Positions 1 through 8,028 of a stretch of 33,014 nt of DNA are shown here, piece by piece. The notes under the pieces are model-generated. The model did no database searches, was not told where the DNA came from, and saw only the letters and a list, made by a program, of their open reading frames with translations. A program made the translations under genes and the position numbers. The DNA comes from Phycisphaerales bacterium (GTDB lineage: Bacteria > Planctomycetota > Phycisphaerae > WQYP01), in the NCBI GenBank assembly GCA_027451365.1, contig DAIDJN010000049.1, positions 1 to 33,014 of the forward strand, in the 5' to 3' direction. Numbering within the stretch: position 1 is the first letter of the stretch; each line of letters starts with the position of its first letter.

Positions 1-1
1 C

Positions 2-172
2 ATTGAACTGACCTCCGTGGGCGTATCGCTATCGCTGATTGGCGCAGCGGCACTGCAACGATTGAACCATCGACTGACCAATCCGGATGAACCGCGCAGA
101 AATATTCTGTTTGATGTTTCCCTGGTGGCCGGAAAATCCACAGCACCGGTGGCGAACAACGTGGTCGGATAA
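2..172 (+). CDS. 3' end of a LacI-family (periplasmic-binding-fold) transcriptional regulator, truncated by the window edge
   Basis: Frame +2 reads IELTSVGVSLSLIGAAALQRLNHRLTNPDEPRRNILFDVSLVAGKSTAPVANNVVG*, matching the LT[ST]V...G..A...L..R...LV...ST C-terminal pattern of LacI/GalR proteins. Confidence 0.6.
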   Translation: MELTSVGVSLSLIGAAALQRLNHRLTNPDEPRRNILFDVSLVAGKSTAPVANNVVG

Positions 173-204
173 GCCGCCATTCTGAAAGCGTGCCAGCGGT
201 TCTT

Positions 205-756
205 TCACCGGCGCAATTCAGGCGTGAGCCGCCGAATATCGGGCAAATTCCGGTAATAATGATTGAAATCCATGCCATAACCGACCACAAAATCGTCGGG
301 AATGTCAAAACCGATAAAATCCGCGTGTAATCCGCGCTGGCGGGCACATTGTTTGCGAAGCAGTACGCAGGTTCGCACACTCGCGGCCCGGCGGCGGCGA
401 AGAAGGTCGCCGACCGCGGCAATACTTTGCCCGCTTTCCAGAATGTCATCCAGAATAAGCACATGCCGCCCGGCTACAGGCAGCGATCCTGGAAGCAGAA
501 TCTTAATGCCGCGGCTGCGGGTGGCCCGGCCCGGATAACTGGATACCGCCACAATATCGACCTGCATTTTCATAGGAAGCCGGCGGATCAGATCCGCCAG
601 AAAAATAAACGATCCGGTTAGAACCGGTACAATCATAATTTCATTTTTTCCATAGGCTGCCGCAACTTCATGGGCAAGCGTCGCGATTCGTCGCGTCAAT
701 TGTCGACGTGAAATAAGAATATTTCTGGCATCCGCATTCGACCCGGCTGTTTTCAT
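205..756 (-). CDS. hpt: Hypoxanthine phosphoribosyltransferase
   Basis: VLTGSFIFLADL, PRPP-binding loop VLILDDILESG, and C-terminal GFDIPDDFVVGYGMDF...YRNLP motifs. Confidence 0.93.
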   Translation of the reverse strand: MKTAGSNADARNILISRRQLTRRIATLAHEVAAAYGKNEIMIVPVLTGSFIFLADLIRRLPMKMQVDIVAVSSYPGRATRSRGIKILLPGSLPVAGRHVLILDDILESGQSIAAVGDLLRRRRAASVRTCVLLRKQCARQRGLHADFIGFDIPDDFVVGYGMDFNHYYRNLPDIRRLTPELRR

Positions 757-1070
757 GCGAGGTATAATATCCCAGTTGGCATTCTAAAACGACCTGCCAG
801 TCTATTGGGGAACTTTGCCAAGTGGTGCGGCGACGGGAGTAACGAAGCCTTGGCTATCAGAATCCGACTGAGGTTGCGGCCCGCGCTTCGAGGACGGTTT
901 TTTGCACCGCCCCCGAACCCCACCCGGCCTTGCAACTCGCTTCCCGCTGGCCGCGATGCCGGACCAAAGAGACGATCCCTGATGCCTGCGGGAGCAATTA
1001 ACCGTCAGATGTTATTTGATGGATGAATGTCTATGTATTCGAAACCTATACGTGCAAGTGGAGTCATAAA

Positions 1071-1244
1071 TGGGGGCTGGACACCCCCCACCCACAACGG
1101 TGGGCTGCGCATCCAAGGGATGATCCCTCCAACCGAACTCTCATCCGAATGAATTGCTTGTAACAGGACACATCATCGAATTCCCTGTTGAGGAAAGTCC
1201 GTCCCGTGGATATGCTTCATCGCATGGATACAAAAGGTAATTGA
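1071..1244 (+). mobile_element. Probable orphan IS110-family left non-coding end with only the first codons of the transposase
   Basis: Four hairpins (1071-1090, 1091-1104, 1116-1128, 1162-1189), then RBS AGGA (1191-1194) and GTG at 1206 reading MDMLHR, similar to the start of MDVLH-x-RCAGLDVHK-type IS110 transposases. The frame then diverges and stops at 1244. Confidence 0.4.
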
Positions 1245-1277
1245 AGTTGCCAGGTCCTCCATTTTTGGAGTAGAAGC

Positions 1278-1622
1278 GTGGGTAGCGTTCTCTATAAAGA
1301 CCGTCTCATTGAAGTAACTGATCAACACATTCTATTTCATCATTATTATTTTCCATTCGCCGGTGACAAGCAGATTCCGATGAGCCAGATCGAGGGCATT
1401 TGGGCTCAATGCCCAACTATTCGTTGCGGGAAGTGGCGAATCTGGGGATCGGGAGATTTCCGGACATGGTGGCCATTGGACTGGCGCAGGCCAAGCCGCG
1501 ACTGTATATTCCTCGCACACTTACGCTACAGCCACCGGCGTATCGGTTTCACAGCCGAAGATTCACCAAAAGTGATTGACATCTGGAGGCAACTGGGACT
1601 GTTGCGAATGTCTCCCACCTGA
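1278..1622 (+). CDS. Conserved hypothetical protein, possibly a bacterial PH-like fold
   Basis: RBS GGAG upstream of the GTG; protein-like pattern Y.D..I......YYFP...K.IP...I / KWRIWGSG....WWPLDWRRP / IGFTAED. Confidence 0.65.
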   Translation: MGSVLYKDRLIEVTDQHILFHHYYFPFAGDKQIPMSQIEGIWAQCPTIRCGKWRIWGSGDFRTWWPLDWRRPSRDCIFLAHLRYSHRRIGFTAEDSPKVIDIWRQLGLLRMSPT

Positions 1623-1743
1623 CTGTTCCGCGGAAAAAAGAACGGGTGGCCAGGCTCATGCAGACCCTGCTAATAATTTCATCTAATCTCTATGTGTCAA
1701 TATAACGAACTATAAATACCCAGTTTTTTCTGGATCGGGATAA

Positions 1744-2165
1744 TAGGCGTGCATGAGAAGCACGCTGTTATTTCTGCCCTGTCAGCAGGACGCTTTTGGT
1801 TTTCGCCAGTTGCTTTTTTTTCCAGGCGTCCGGCAGCCAGGTGGTAAGCTGGTCCATTGGCGCGGTGGGCTGGGTATTCACAAATATTCTGCGGGCATGG
1901 GCGCAGCATCCAGCCTTGGTCATACCCCTTTCACGCAGATGCCGTCACACCCTCCATACGCATCGGCCAGAAGAATCTCTTTAAAGCCCTTCAAAAACTC
2001 CGCCGGTCCATCCCGGCTGCGGCTTTCGGTAAAGTCAAAGACGTTGTAAGGATGTTCTTCATCTCCCCGGTAAATCCACATCCGGGCTTTTTTGGTCTTT
2101 TCCGGTGCCAGCAGCGGCGTCACCGTGTCACCGGTCCCCGCCACATGACTTTGCAATACCGCCTG
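1744..2165 (-). pseudogene. Degenerate, internally deleted IS66 TnpC transposase remnant with a degraded right end
   Basis: KTKKARMWIYRGD...YNVFDFTESRSRDGP..FLKGF..ILLADAYGG, then a frameshift near 1922 to AGCCAHARRIF (the IS66 CWAHARRKF motif), joined directly to the C-terminal DQLTTWLPDAWKK. TAGGCGTGCATGAGAAGCAC at about 1744 resembles a decayed GTAAGCGT-type terminal repeat. Confidence 0.85.
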
Positions 2166-2267
2166 ACAGATCGCCTATTTATCCAATCATTTTAAAAATC
2201 GCGCATTTCGCGGTCGCAAATTATTTGTTGGAATACTACATGCGATTGCCCTGTCCACCTGACAAAT

Positions 2268-3425
2268 TCAGCTGGATATGATTTCCGGCAAACCCAATGA
2301 CTTGGGAATTGATCGCGCCCAGTGCGGCCACGCCTTGCGTTCCACCGCATGGAAATCCGCATTTCCTGATATGGCTCGTGCGTCAGCAAGACTCCAGACC
2401 GCACCGTCCTCATGGAATACGCCGTTCAAAGTGCCCTTGCGGCGCTGCGCCAACAGCCACGCCGGCTTAAGCATAAGACTCCAGAAGAAATTCCCCACAC
2501 GGGCCCTGCGAATGGTCGGTGCCAGCGACGCATAATCGGGCTGCCACTGATTAATGCCCAGCGCCTTGCGGCCCCAGCCACTGGCACCGGAGCGAACCCG
2601 CTGCCACTCGCTTATCCAAACTGGATGCTTGAGGGATTTTTCGGCGGCTAAAATATGCTGAATCACCATGTCCATCTGCCGGCGCGATGCGGGAAAATCC
2701 GGATGGGTTTGCAGGATGTCGGCACCCGCATCAATAAATTCCCTGCTTTGCGCCAGATTAGTCCCGCCAATTGACAGCGGAACAGCCCCGCGTTCTTTTG
2801 CCGCATGCGACATCATGGAATAGGCAAATAAATGGCGGGCATGGCCGAATGGTTCATTATTAATTTCAATGGCCAGCAGGCGACGGTCATCGCGAAAATG
2901 CCGCATAAACCAATCCACAAATCGCAGCGGCTTCTTCCACAACCGGCGGTTCCCGACGACGTCCGTAGATGGAGACAGAATATCTGATGCTCGCAGCGGG
3001 CTGGTATCCGCGATATTCAAGGCGGTCGGTTCCACACCGTCACCCTCAAAAAGCACCGGCATGAGTCTTATCTCAGCGGCCGAACAAATGGTTAGCAGGT
3101 CCATGAATCGCCGCTGCAATTCATGCGGATCATGCAGCCAGAATTCGTAGCTGAGCCACACGCGTAATGCATTCAGATTCAGGCTGCGGGCAAACCGCAC
3201 ATCACGCTGAGTAGTGTCGTGGTTGTAATGCTGCCAAGCCTGGTAGGCGTTATACGCCCGTGCCGGAATATATATTGCACCCTGCGGCCGGAGCGGCAAA
3301 GTTGCTGATTTGCCGCCCCACGCGGCGGTCTGTGTGGCCAGCAGCACTCCCGCGGAGGTTTGCAGAAAATTGCGTCGACTGCAAGTCGATGCCCCCCATG
3401 CACATTGCACAAAGCCGGTATTCAC
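2268..3425 (-). CDS. Tat-exported clan GH-A (GH5/cellulase-like) glycoside hydrolase
   Basis: Twin-arginine signal SRRNFLQ, LNALRVWL, acid/base motif EINNEP and nucleophile motif WISEW. Confidence 0.8.
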   Translation of the reverse strand: MNTGFVQCAWGASTCSRRNFLQTSAGVLLATQTAAWGGKSATLPLRPQGAIYIPARAYNAYQAWQHYNHDTTQRDVRFARSLNLNALRVWLSYEFWLHDPHELQRRFMDLLTICSAAEIRLMPVLFEGDGVEPTALNIADTSPLRASDILSPSTDVVGNRRLWKKPLRFVDWFMRHFRDDRRLLAIEINNEPFGHARHLFAYSMMSHAAKERGAVPLSIGGTNLAQSREFIDAGADILQTHPDFPASRRQMDMVIQHILAAEKSLKHPVWISEWQRVRSGASGWGRKALGINQWQPDYASLAPTIRRARVGNFFWSLMLKPAWLLAQRRKGTLNGVFHEDGAVWSLADARAISGNADFHAVERKAWPHWARSIPKSLGLPEIISS

Positions 3426-3560
3426 CAGATATCTCCATTACCGGCTGAAACATGACGAGCCGTCAAACAATAATATAGGGAGCAAACGGAAGATAGCCAG
3501 ACCTGACGTTGAATTTAGAGAACCCCAATGCCCCCGATTCGACAGTTGGTTTTTATAAAT

Positions 3561-3634
3561 TGCGCCCGGCAGGAGTCGAACCTGCAACCTTCGGATTCGT
3601 AGTCCGACGCTCTATCCAATTGAGCTACGAGCGC
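3561..3634 (-). tRNA. tRNA-Arg (anticodon ACG), CCA not encoded
   Basis: GCGCTCGTAGCTCAATTGGATAGAGCGTCGGACTACGAATCCGAAGGTTGCAGGTTCGACTCCTGCCGGGCGCA forms a full cloverleaf with anticodon stem TCGGA/TCCGA and loop CT-ACG-AA. Confidence 0.98.
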
Positions 3635-3663
3635 TTGGGCCGCACCCGGGTTTACCGCTGCGG

Positions 3664-3921
3664 TTAATTCCCATGGGCACATGCTGCCGCGGGCCAAATA
3701 CAATACACCAAAATCACGGGCAAGACCAGCGCCGCAAAAACCCGAGTCACAACAAAGAAAATATTGATCGCCAGTGTGACGGGTTGGAATGATCCGCCGC
3801 GGCCAAGCCGCCTGCTAAAACGCGGCCCGGCACGAATCTGCCAAGGCCAAATGGCAAACACTTGGAAAATTCCAGAAGTAATTTCGCTGATGAACGCGAT
3901 TTCCGACCGCCAGACATTCAC
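3664..3921 (-). CDS. Possible small membrane protein
   Basis: 85-aa ORF with a hydrophobic C-terminal half; GTG start without a clear RBS; no recognisable family. Confidence 0.25.
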   Translation of the reverse strand: MNVWRSEIAFISEITSGIFQVFAIWPWQIRAGPRFSRRLGRGGSFQPVTLAINIFFVVTRVFAALVLPVILVYCIWPAAACAHGN

Positions 3922-3938
3922 GGCGGCGCCAGAGGCAG

Positions 3939-4124
3939 TTACATCCAGCGGGCGGAAATGGGTAATCGAGGCTGGATCGCATACGGCGCGCTGACAATCA
4001 GCCTGACCTGCTGAATTCTAGCGAGGTAGGCCGCCAAGTCTTTTTCGCCAAAGCGGTTAAGAAAATCGGTGCCCGCGGTTTGATTCAACCTGTGAATGGC
4101 AGTAATAAGGTCTGACTTGCTCAT
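3939..4124 (-). CDS. Small conserved hypothetical helical protein
   Basis: RBS AAAGGA upstream; pattern M.K..LI..I..LN.TA...FL..F.E.DL..YL..I, which I recall from Phycisphaerae genomes. Confidence 0.65.
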   Translation of the reverse strand: MSKSDLITAIHRLNQTAGTDFLNRFGEKDLAAYLARIQQVRLIVSAPYAIQPRLPISARWM

Positions 4125-4642
4125 AAGCGAATCCTTTCGCAGCCTTGCAAAGTGCTTCCATGCACCCCCCGCCGGGGAATATTGTCATCCAGATCGGCGG
4201 CCCTGCCGGAACTGACCCAGTCGACCGGCAATACGTTGATACAACATCAAACGACATTTGGTTAGTTCGGCTCATTGCGCGTAATTCTTTAATATTTTTC
4301 GCAATTTTCTGTAAAATGGCTACCGGACGAACGAAATTGCAAAATTTGAGGCTAAAAGCGTAAATTTTTTCCCCCCCAACCGCGACCAGTGAACTATACG
4401 ATTTCAACGTCTGTGGGTATTATTCGGAGGCGAACCGCGACTGGCCGGGTTCACCATCGCCTGGGCGATATTCGGCACCATGCCGCCGATGAAAACGCCA
4501 GCCCGCGTTGCGTTGAATTGATATAAGCGGCTGCCGCAACCAGCGAACGGGAAAAGTTCGGACCGCCAGATGCCGGAAATTGGCCGGGACACCAGATGCT
4601 TTGTTCATCGACGCGGCGATCGCGCTGTGACAGGAGAATTGC

Positions 4643-5779
4643 ATGACACAGACAACAGCGAGTCAACCAACACAACCGGCCGGCCTGCGGGATGTTGTAG
4701 CACTAAGTTCAGATATCTGCTCCATTGAAAACGGTGTACTGACCTATCGCGGCATTACAATTGACGAACTGGCGGAAAACGGAACGTTCGAGGAAATTGT
4801 TCACCTGCTCTGGTACCGGAAGTTACCGAGCGCTGCTGAGTTAAACGATCTACGCGCGGCTCTGGCCGAACAGGCGCAGCTTCCCGATGCACTAATCGAG
4901 ATGATGAAAAGCTTCCCCCGCCGCACCCGCGCAATGGAAGCCCTGCGAACAGCGGCCAGCGCAATGGCCATGTTTGATCCAGAATCCGAAGATATGTCCG
5001 AGGCGGCGAATCAACGGAAAGCGGTGCGGATTCTGGCCCAGATGGCCAGCATCGTCGCGGCATACGACCGTATCCGCAATGACCGTGAACCGGTCGCCCC
5101 ACGAAGGGATCTTACACTGGCGGGCAATTTTCTTTATATGCTCACGGGCATCGCACCTGAGCCGCTGGCGGTACGGGCTTTGGACAAGGCTTACATTCTT
5201 CACGCGGACCACGAACTGAATGCCAGCACATTCACGGCTCGCGTTGCCGCGGCCACGCTGACGGACATGCACTCGGCGGTAATTGCGGCCATTTGCGCAC
5301 TAAAAGGCCCCCTCCACGGCGGTGCCAACGAACAGGTTATGAAAATGCTGAATGAAATTGGATCGCCCGGCCGGGTGGATGCCAGCATCCGCAACAAACT
5401 TGATCACCATGAAAAGATCATGGGCTTCGGCCATGCCGTTTATAAAAATGGCGATCCGCGCGCCAAGCATCTCAAGGAAATGTCGCGACAACTGGGCAAA
5501 CTGACGGGCCGGGAACAATGGTACGAAATGTCGGTGAAAATTGAAGAGATTGTCGAACGCAGCAAGGCGCTGAAGCCGAATGTCGATTTCTACAGCGCAT
5601 CGGTTTATCACTATCTGAATATTCCTTCAGATCTGTTTACGCCCATTTTCGCAATCAGCCGGACCAGCGGCTGGGTAGCCCATATTCTGGAACAATACGC
5701 CAACAACAAGCTGATTCGCCCGCGTGCCGAATACATCGGCCCGCGCGACTGTCATTGGATTCCAATGAATAAACGCTGA
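4643..5779 (+). CDS. citZ: Citrate synthase, short CitZ/PrpC (type I dimeric) class
   Basis: ILHADHELNASTF, LKGPLHGGANE, KIMGFGH.VYKNGDPRA, PNVDFYS and LIRPRA motifs; RBS AGGAG. Confidence 0.9.
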   Translation: MTQTTASQPTQPAGLRDVVALSSDICSIENGVLTYRGITIDELAENGTFEEIVHLLWYRKLPSAAELNDLRAALAEQAQLPDALIEMMKSFPRRTRAMEALRTAASAMAMFDPESEDMSEAANQRKAVRILAQMASIVAAYDRIRNDREPVAPRRDLTLAGNFLYMLTGIAPEPLAVRALDKAYILHADHELNASTFTARVAAATLTDMHSAVIAAICALKGPLHGGANEQVMKMLNEIGSPGRVDASIRNKLDHHEKIMGFGHAVYKNGDPRAKHLKEMSRQLGKLTGREQWYEMSVKIEEIVERSKALKPNVDFYSASVYHYLNIPSDLFTPIFAISRTSGWVAHILEQYANNKLIRPRAEYIGPRDCHWIPMNKR

Positions 5780-5859
5780 ACCGGTCGTTTGCGGATAAAA
5801 AGCACCGCGACCAGACGTCGACGGAACGAACAGGAAGTCTTACAAGGCAATAATATCGC

Positions 5860-6549
5860 ATGAATGCACTGGTGGTTGGTCCACATCCGGATGATCAGGA
5901 ATTGGCAATGGGCGGCACCATAGCGCTGCTGGCTGACCAGGGACACACCGTCATACTTCTGGACATGACCAACGGCGAGCCGACCCCATACGGGGATCAG
6001 AAGACGCGGGCGCGGGAATCCGCCGAGGCGGCAAAAATTCTGGGGGCCTCGCGCCTGGAACTCGGACTACCCAATCGTGAAGTATTGTACAACCTGGAGG
6101 CGCGCCATCGGGTCGCGGCGGTCTATCGGCAACTGCGGCCAGATTTGCTGTTTATTCCCTACGGTCAGGATGCCCACCCGGATCATGGCCAGGTGACGCG
6201 CATTGCCGAAGATGCACGATTCGATGCCAAACTCACCAAAACCAGCATTCCCGGCGAACCGTGGTATCCACCCCGGGTGATTTACTATTTCTGTTCGCAC
6301 TTGCGGTTCGCATTTCCAGCAACCTTCTGTCTGAATATAACGCCGTTTATGGAAAAGAAGATTGCCGCGTTGCGATGTTACGAATCGCAGTTCGCCAAAG
6401 GGCGGTCCGCCGCGGAACAATGGAATATGGTATCCTATGTTCAGAACATAAACCGCTACTTTGGCGGTACAATCCGCAAAGAGTTTGCCGAGCCGTTTTA
6501 TGTTGTGGAAACCCTCGGCCTGGATAATCTGGATGCGGTGGTTCGGTAG
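5860..6549 (+). CDS. bshB1: PIG-L family deacetylase, bacillithiol biosynthesis BshB1-like
   Basis: PHPDD.EL..GGT, DMTNGEPTP.G...R..E, DAHPDH and YESQF motifs. Confidence 0.8.
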   Translation: MNALVVGPHPDDQELAMGGTIALLADQGHTVILLDMTNGEPTPYGDQKTRARESAEAAKILGASRLELGLPNREVLYNLEARHRVAAVYRQLRPDLLFIPYGQDAHPDHGQVTRIAEDARFDAKLTKTSIPGEPWYPPRVIYYFCSHLRFAFPATFCLNITPFMEKKIAALRCYESQFAKGRSAAEQWNMVSYVQNINRYFGGTIRKEFAEPFYVVETLGLDNLDAVVR

Positions 6550-6606
6550 CCGCCAAGACGTTTCACCGTCGCAAACAGGTTGGTTTTCTTAAGGAGAATG
6601 CATCCG

Positions 6607-7743
6607 ATGTCAAAAGATACCTCCGTCACTCAACCCGCCAGCCAGGACGTATCGGTTTCGGCGACCGCACCGCGTCTGCACCGGTTTCTTGAAGCTGTGG
6701 CCAAAGTGGAAGGAAGCGATCTGCACGTGAAGGCCGACGCGGTGCCTCGAATCCGTAAAAGCGGCAAGCTTATGCAGACCAACAGCGGCCCGCTGGCCAA
6801 CGCGGACATTGAAGGCATGATTACTGAAATACTTACCGCCGAACAGCTTGCCGACTACCATCACCGCGGATCGCTGGACATTGCCTATGCCATGACTCCG
6901 ACCGAACGATTCCGGATGAATATTTTCCGGCAACGCGGACTGACCAGCATAGCGGCGCGGCGCATAAATCCAAAGATTCCAAATTTTGCCCAATTGAATC
7001 TGCCGCCGATCTTTGAAAAAATCGCGGACAACGAACAGGGCCTGGTCATCCTTGCCGGAATCACAGGCAGCGGCAAAAGCACGACGATTGCGTCCATGCT
7101 TGAGCAGGTAAATACCAAGCGCAGTTGTCATATTGTCACCATTGAAGACCCCATTGAATATCTGTATGTGGACAAAAAAGCGTTCATCAACCAGCGCGAG
7201 GTCGGCCTTGATGTGGAAAGCTTTGAGCTGGCTATCCGGTATCTGATGCGTGAAGACCCGGATGTCATCCTGATCGGTGAAATGCGCGACCGGCTGACAT
7301 TTCAGGCGGCGGTACAGGCGGCGGAAACCGGCCACATGGTGTTTTCGACCATTCACGCCAGCAGTGCTCCGGGTGCCATTACACGTGTATTGGAACTATT
7401 CCCTCCGGACATGCACGTGAACATGCGTCAGGCCCTGGCCACCAACATGAAGGCGATTATTTTTCAGAAACTGGTACCGTCGATCAAGCCTGGCGTGGGC
7501 CGCGTGCCGGTTCTGGAGGTCATGATTACCAGCCCGTCGGTACGCAAATACATTCTGGAAGGACGGGAAAATGAACTCCAGTCCGTCATTCGCGGAGAAA
7601 AAGGTACCGGCATGATAGATTTTAATGATATGCTGGCCGAACTGGTCGCTCAGGAAATGGTTAACCACAAGGACGCCTATGCCGCCTCGCCCAATCCAGA
7701 GGAACTTCGCATGCGGATGAAGGGGATTAAAACCATCGGCTAA
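6607..7743 (+). CDS. pilT: Type IV pilus retraction ATPase, PilT/PilU family
   Basis: GSDLH, Walker A GITGSGKST, Asp box TIEDPIE, Walker B REDPDVILIGEMRD and His box AETGH...STIH all intact. The start may be ATG 6598. Confidence 0.9.
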   Translation: MSKDTSVTQPASQDVSVSATAPRLHRFLEAVAKVEGSDLHVKADAVPRIRKSGKLMQTNSGPLANADIEGMITEILTAEQLADYHHRGSLDIAYAMTPTERFRMNIFRQRGLTSIAARRINPKIPNFAQLNLPPIFEKIADNEQGLVILAGITGSGKSTTIASMLEQVNTKRSCHIVTIEDPIEYLYVDKKAFINQREVGLDVESFELAIRYLMREDPDVILIGEMRDRLTFQAAVQAAETGHMVFSTIHASSAPGAITRVLELFPPDMHVNMRQALATNMKAIIFQKLVPSIKPGVGRVPVLEVMITSPSVRKYILEGRENELQSVIRGEKGTGMIDFNDMLAELVAQEMVNHKDAYAASPNPEELRMRMKGIKTIG

Positions 7744-8028
7744 CCGGCATTGGAACCACCCGAGCACCGGGGGGCGCACCGCCCTTTCCGGCCCCCGACA
7801 GGCCATCGGCAGATGGGCACGGAATATAAATACGGTTCCCGAATTTCGGTTGAAGGATGGCGGGACTGGCGTTGGCGGCATTCTCATGGTACTTTTTCCG
7901 AATATGGTTCGGGGGTCTTCTGAATCGCAATGGAGCCGGGGACGGAAAAGTGAAAGGGTGTCAAGGGTATGTTCGAGTTTGCTGATGAAAAAGTGAGTCC
8001 GGGATTTGGCGGAGCGCGGTTGTAACGA

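Noticed and set aside
915..940. CACCCGGCCTTGCAAC as a possible att duplication of the tRNA-Arg 3' end
   Set aside because: Only a 6-7 nt match, which is expected by chance.
975..1121. ATCCCTGATGC ... GCATCCAAGGGAT long-range pairing reminiscent of a 6S RNA closing stem
   Set aside because: The span is only about 147 nt, I could not build the central bubble and apical stem, and the 3' arm is better explained by local hairpins. An Rfam scan would settle it.
1190..1200. GAGGAAAGTCC, identical to the RNase P RNA 5' P4 signature
   Set aside because: The following sequence does not fit rnpB, no matching 3' AACCCGGCTTA-like strand lies 300-400 nt downstream, and a CDS starts at 1278.
4404..4675. 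Several 60-75 aa ORFs upstream of citrate synthase
   Set aside because: Mutually overlapping with no motifs; treated as intergenic.
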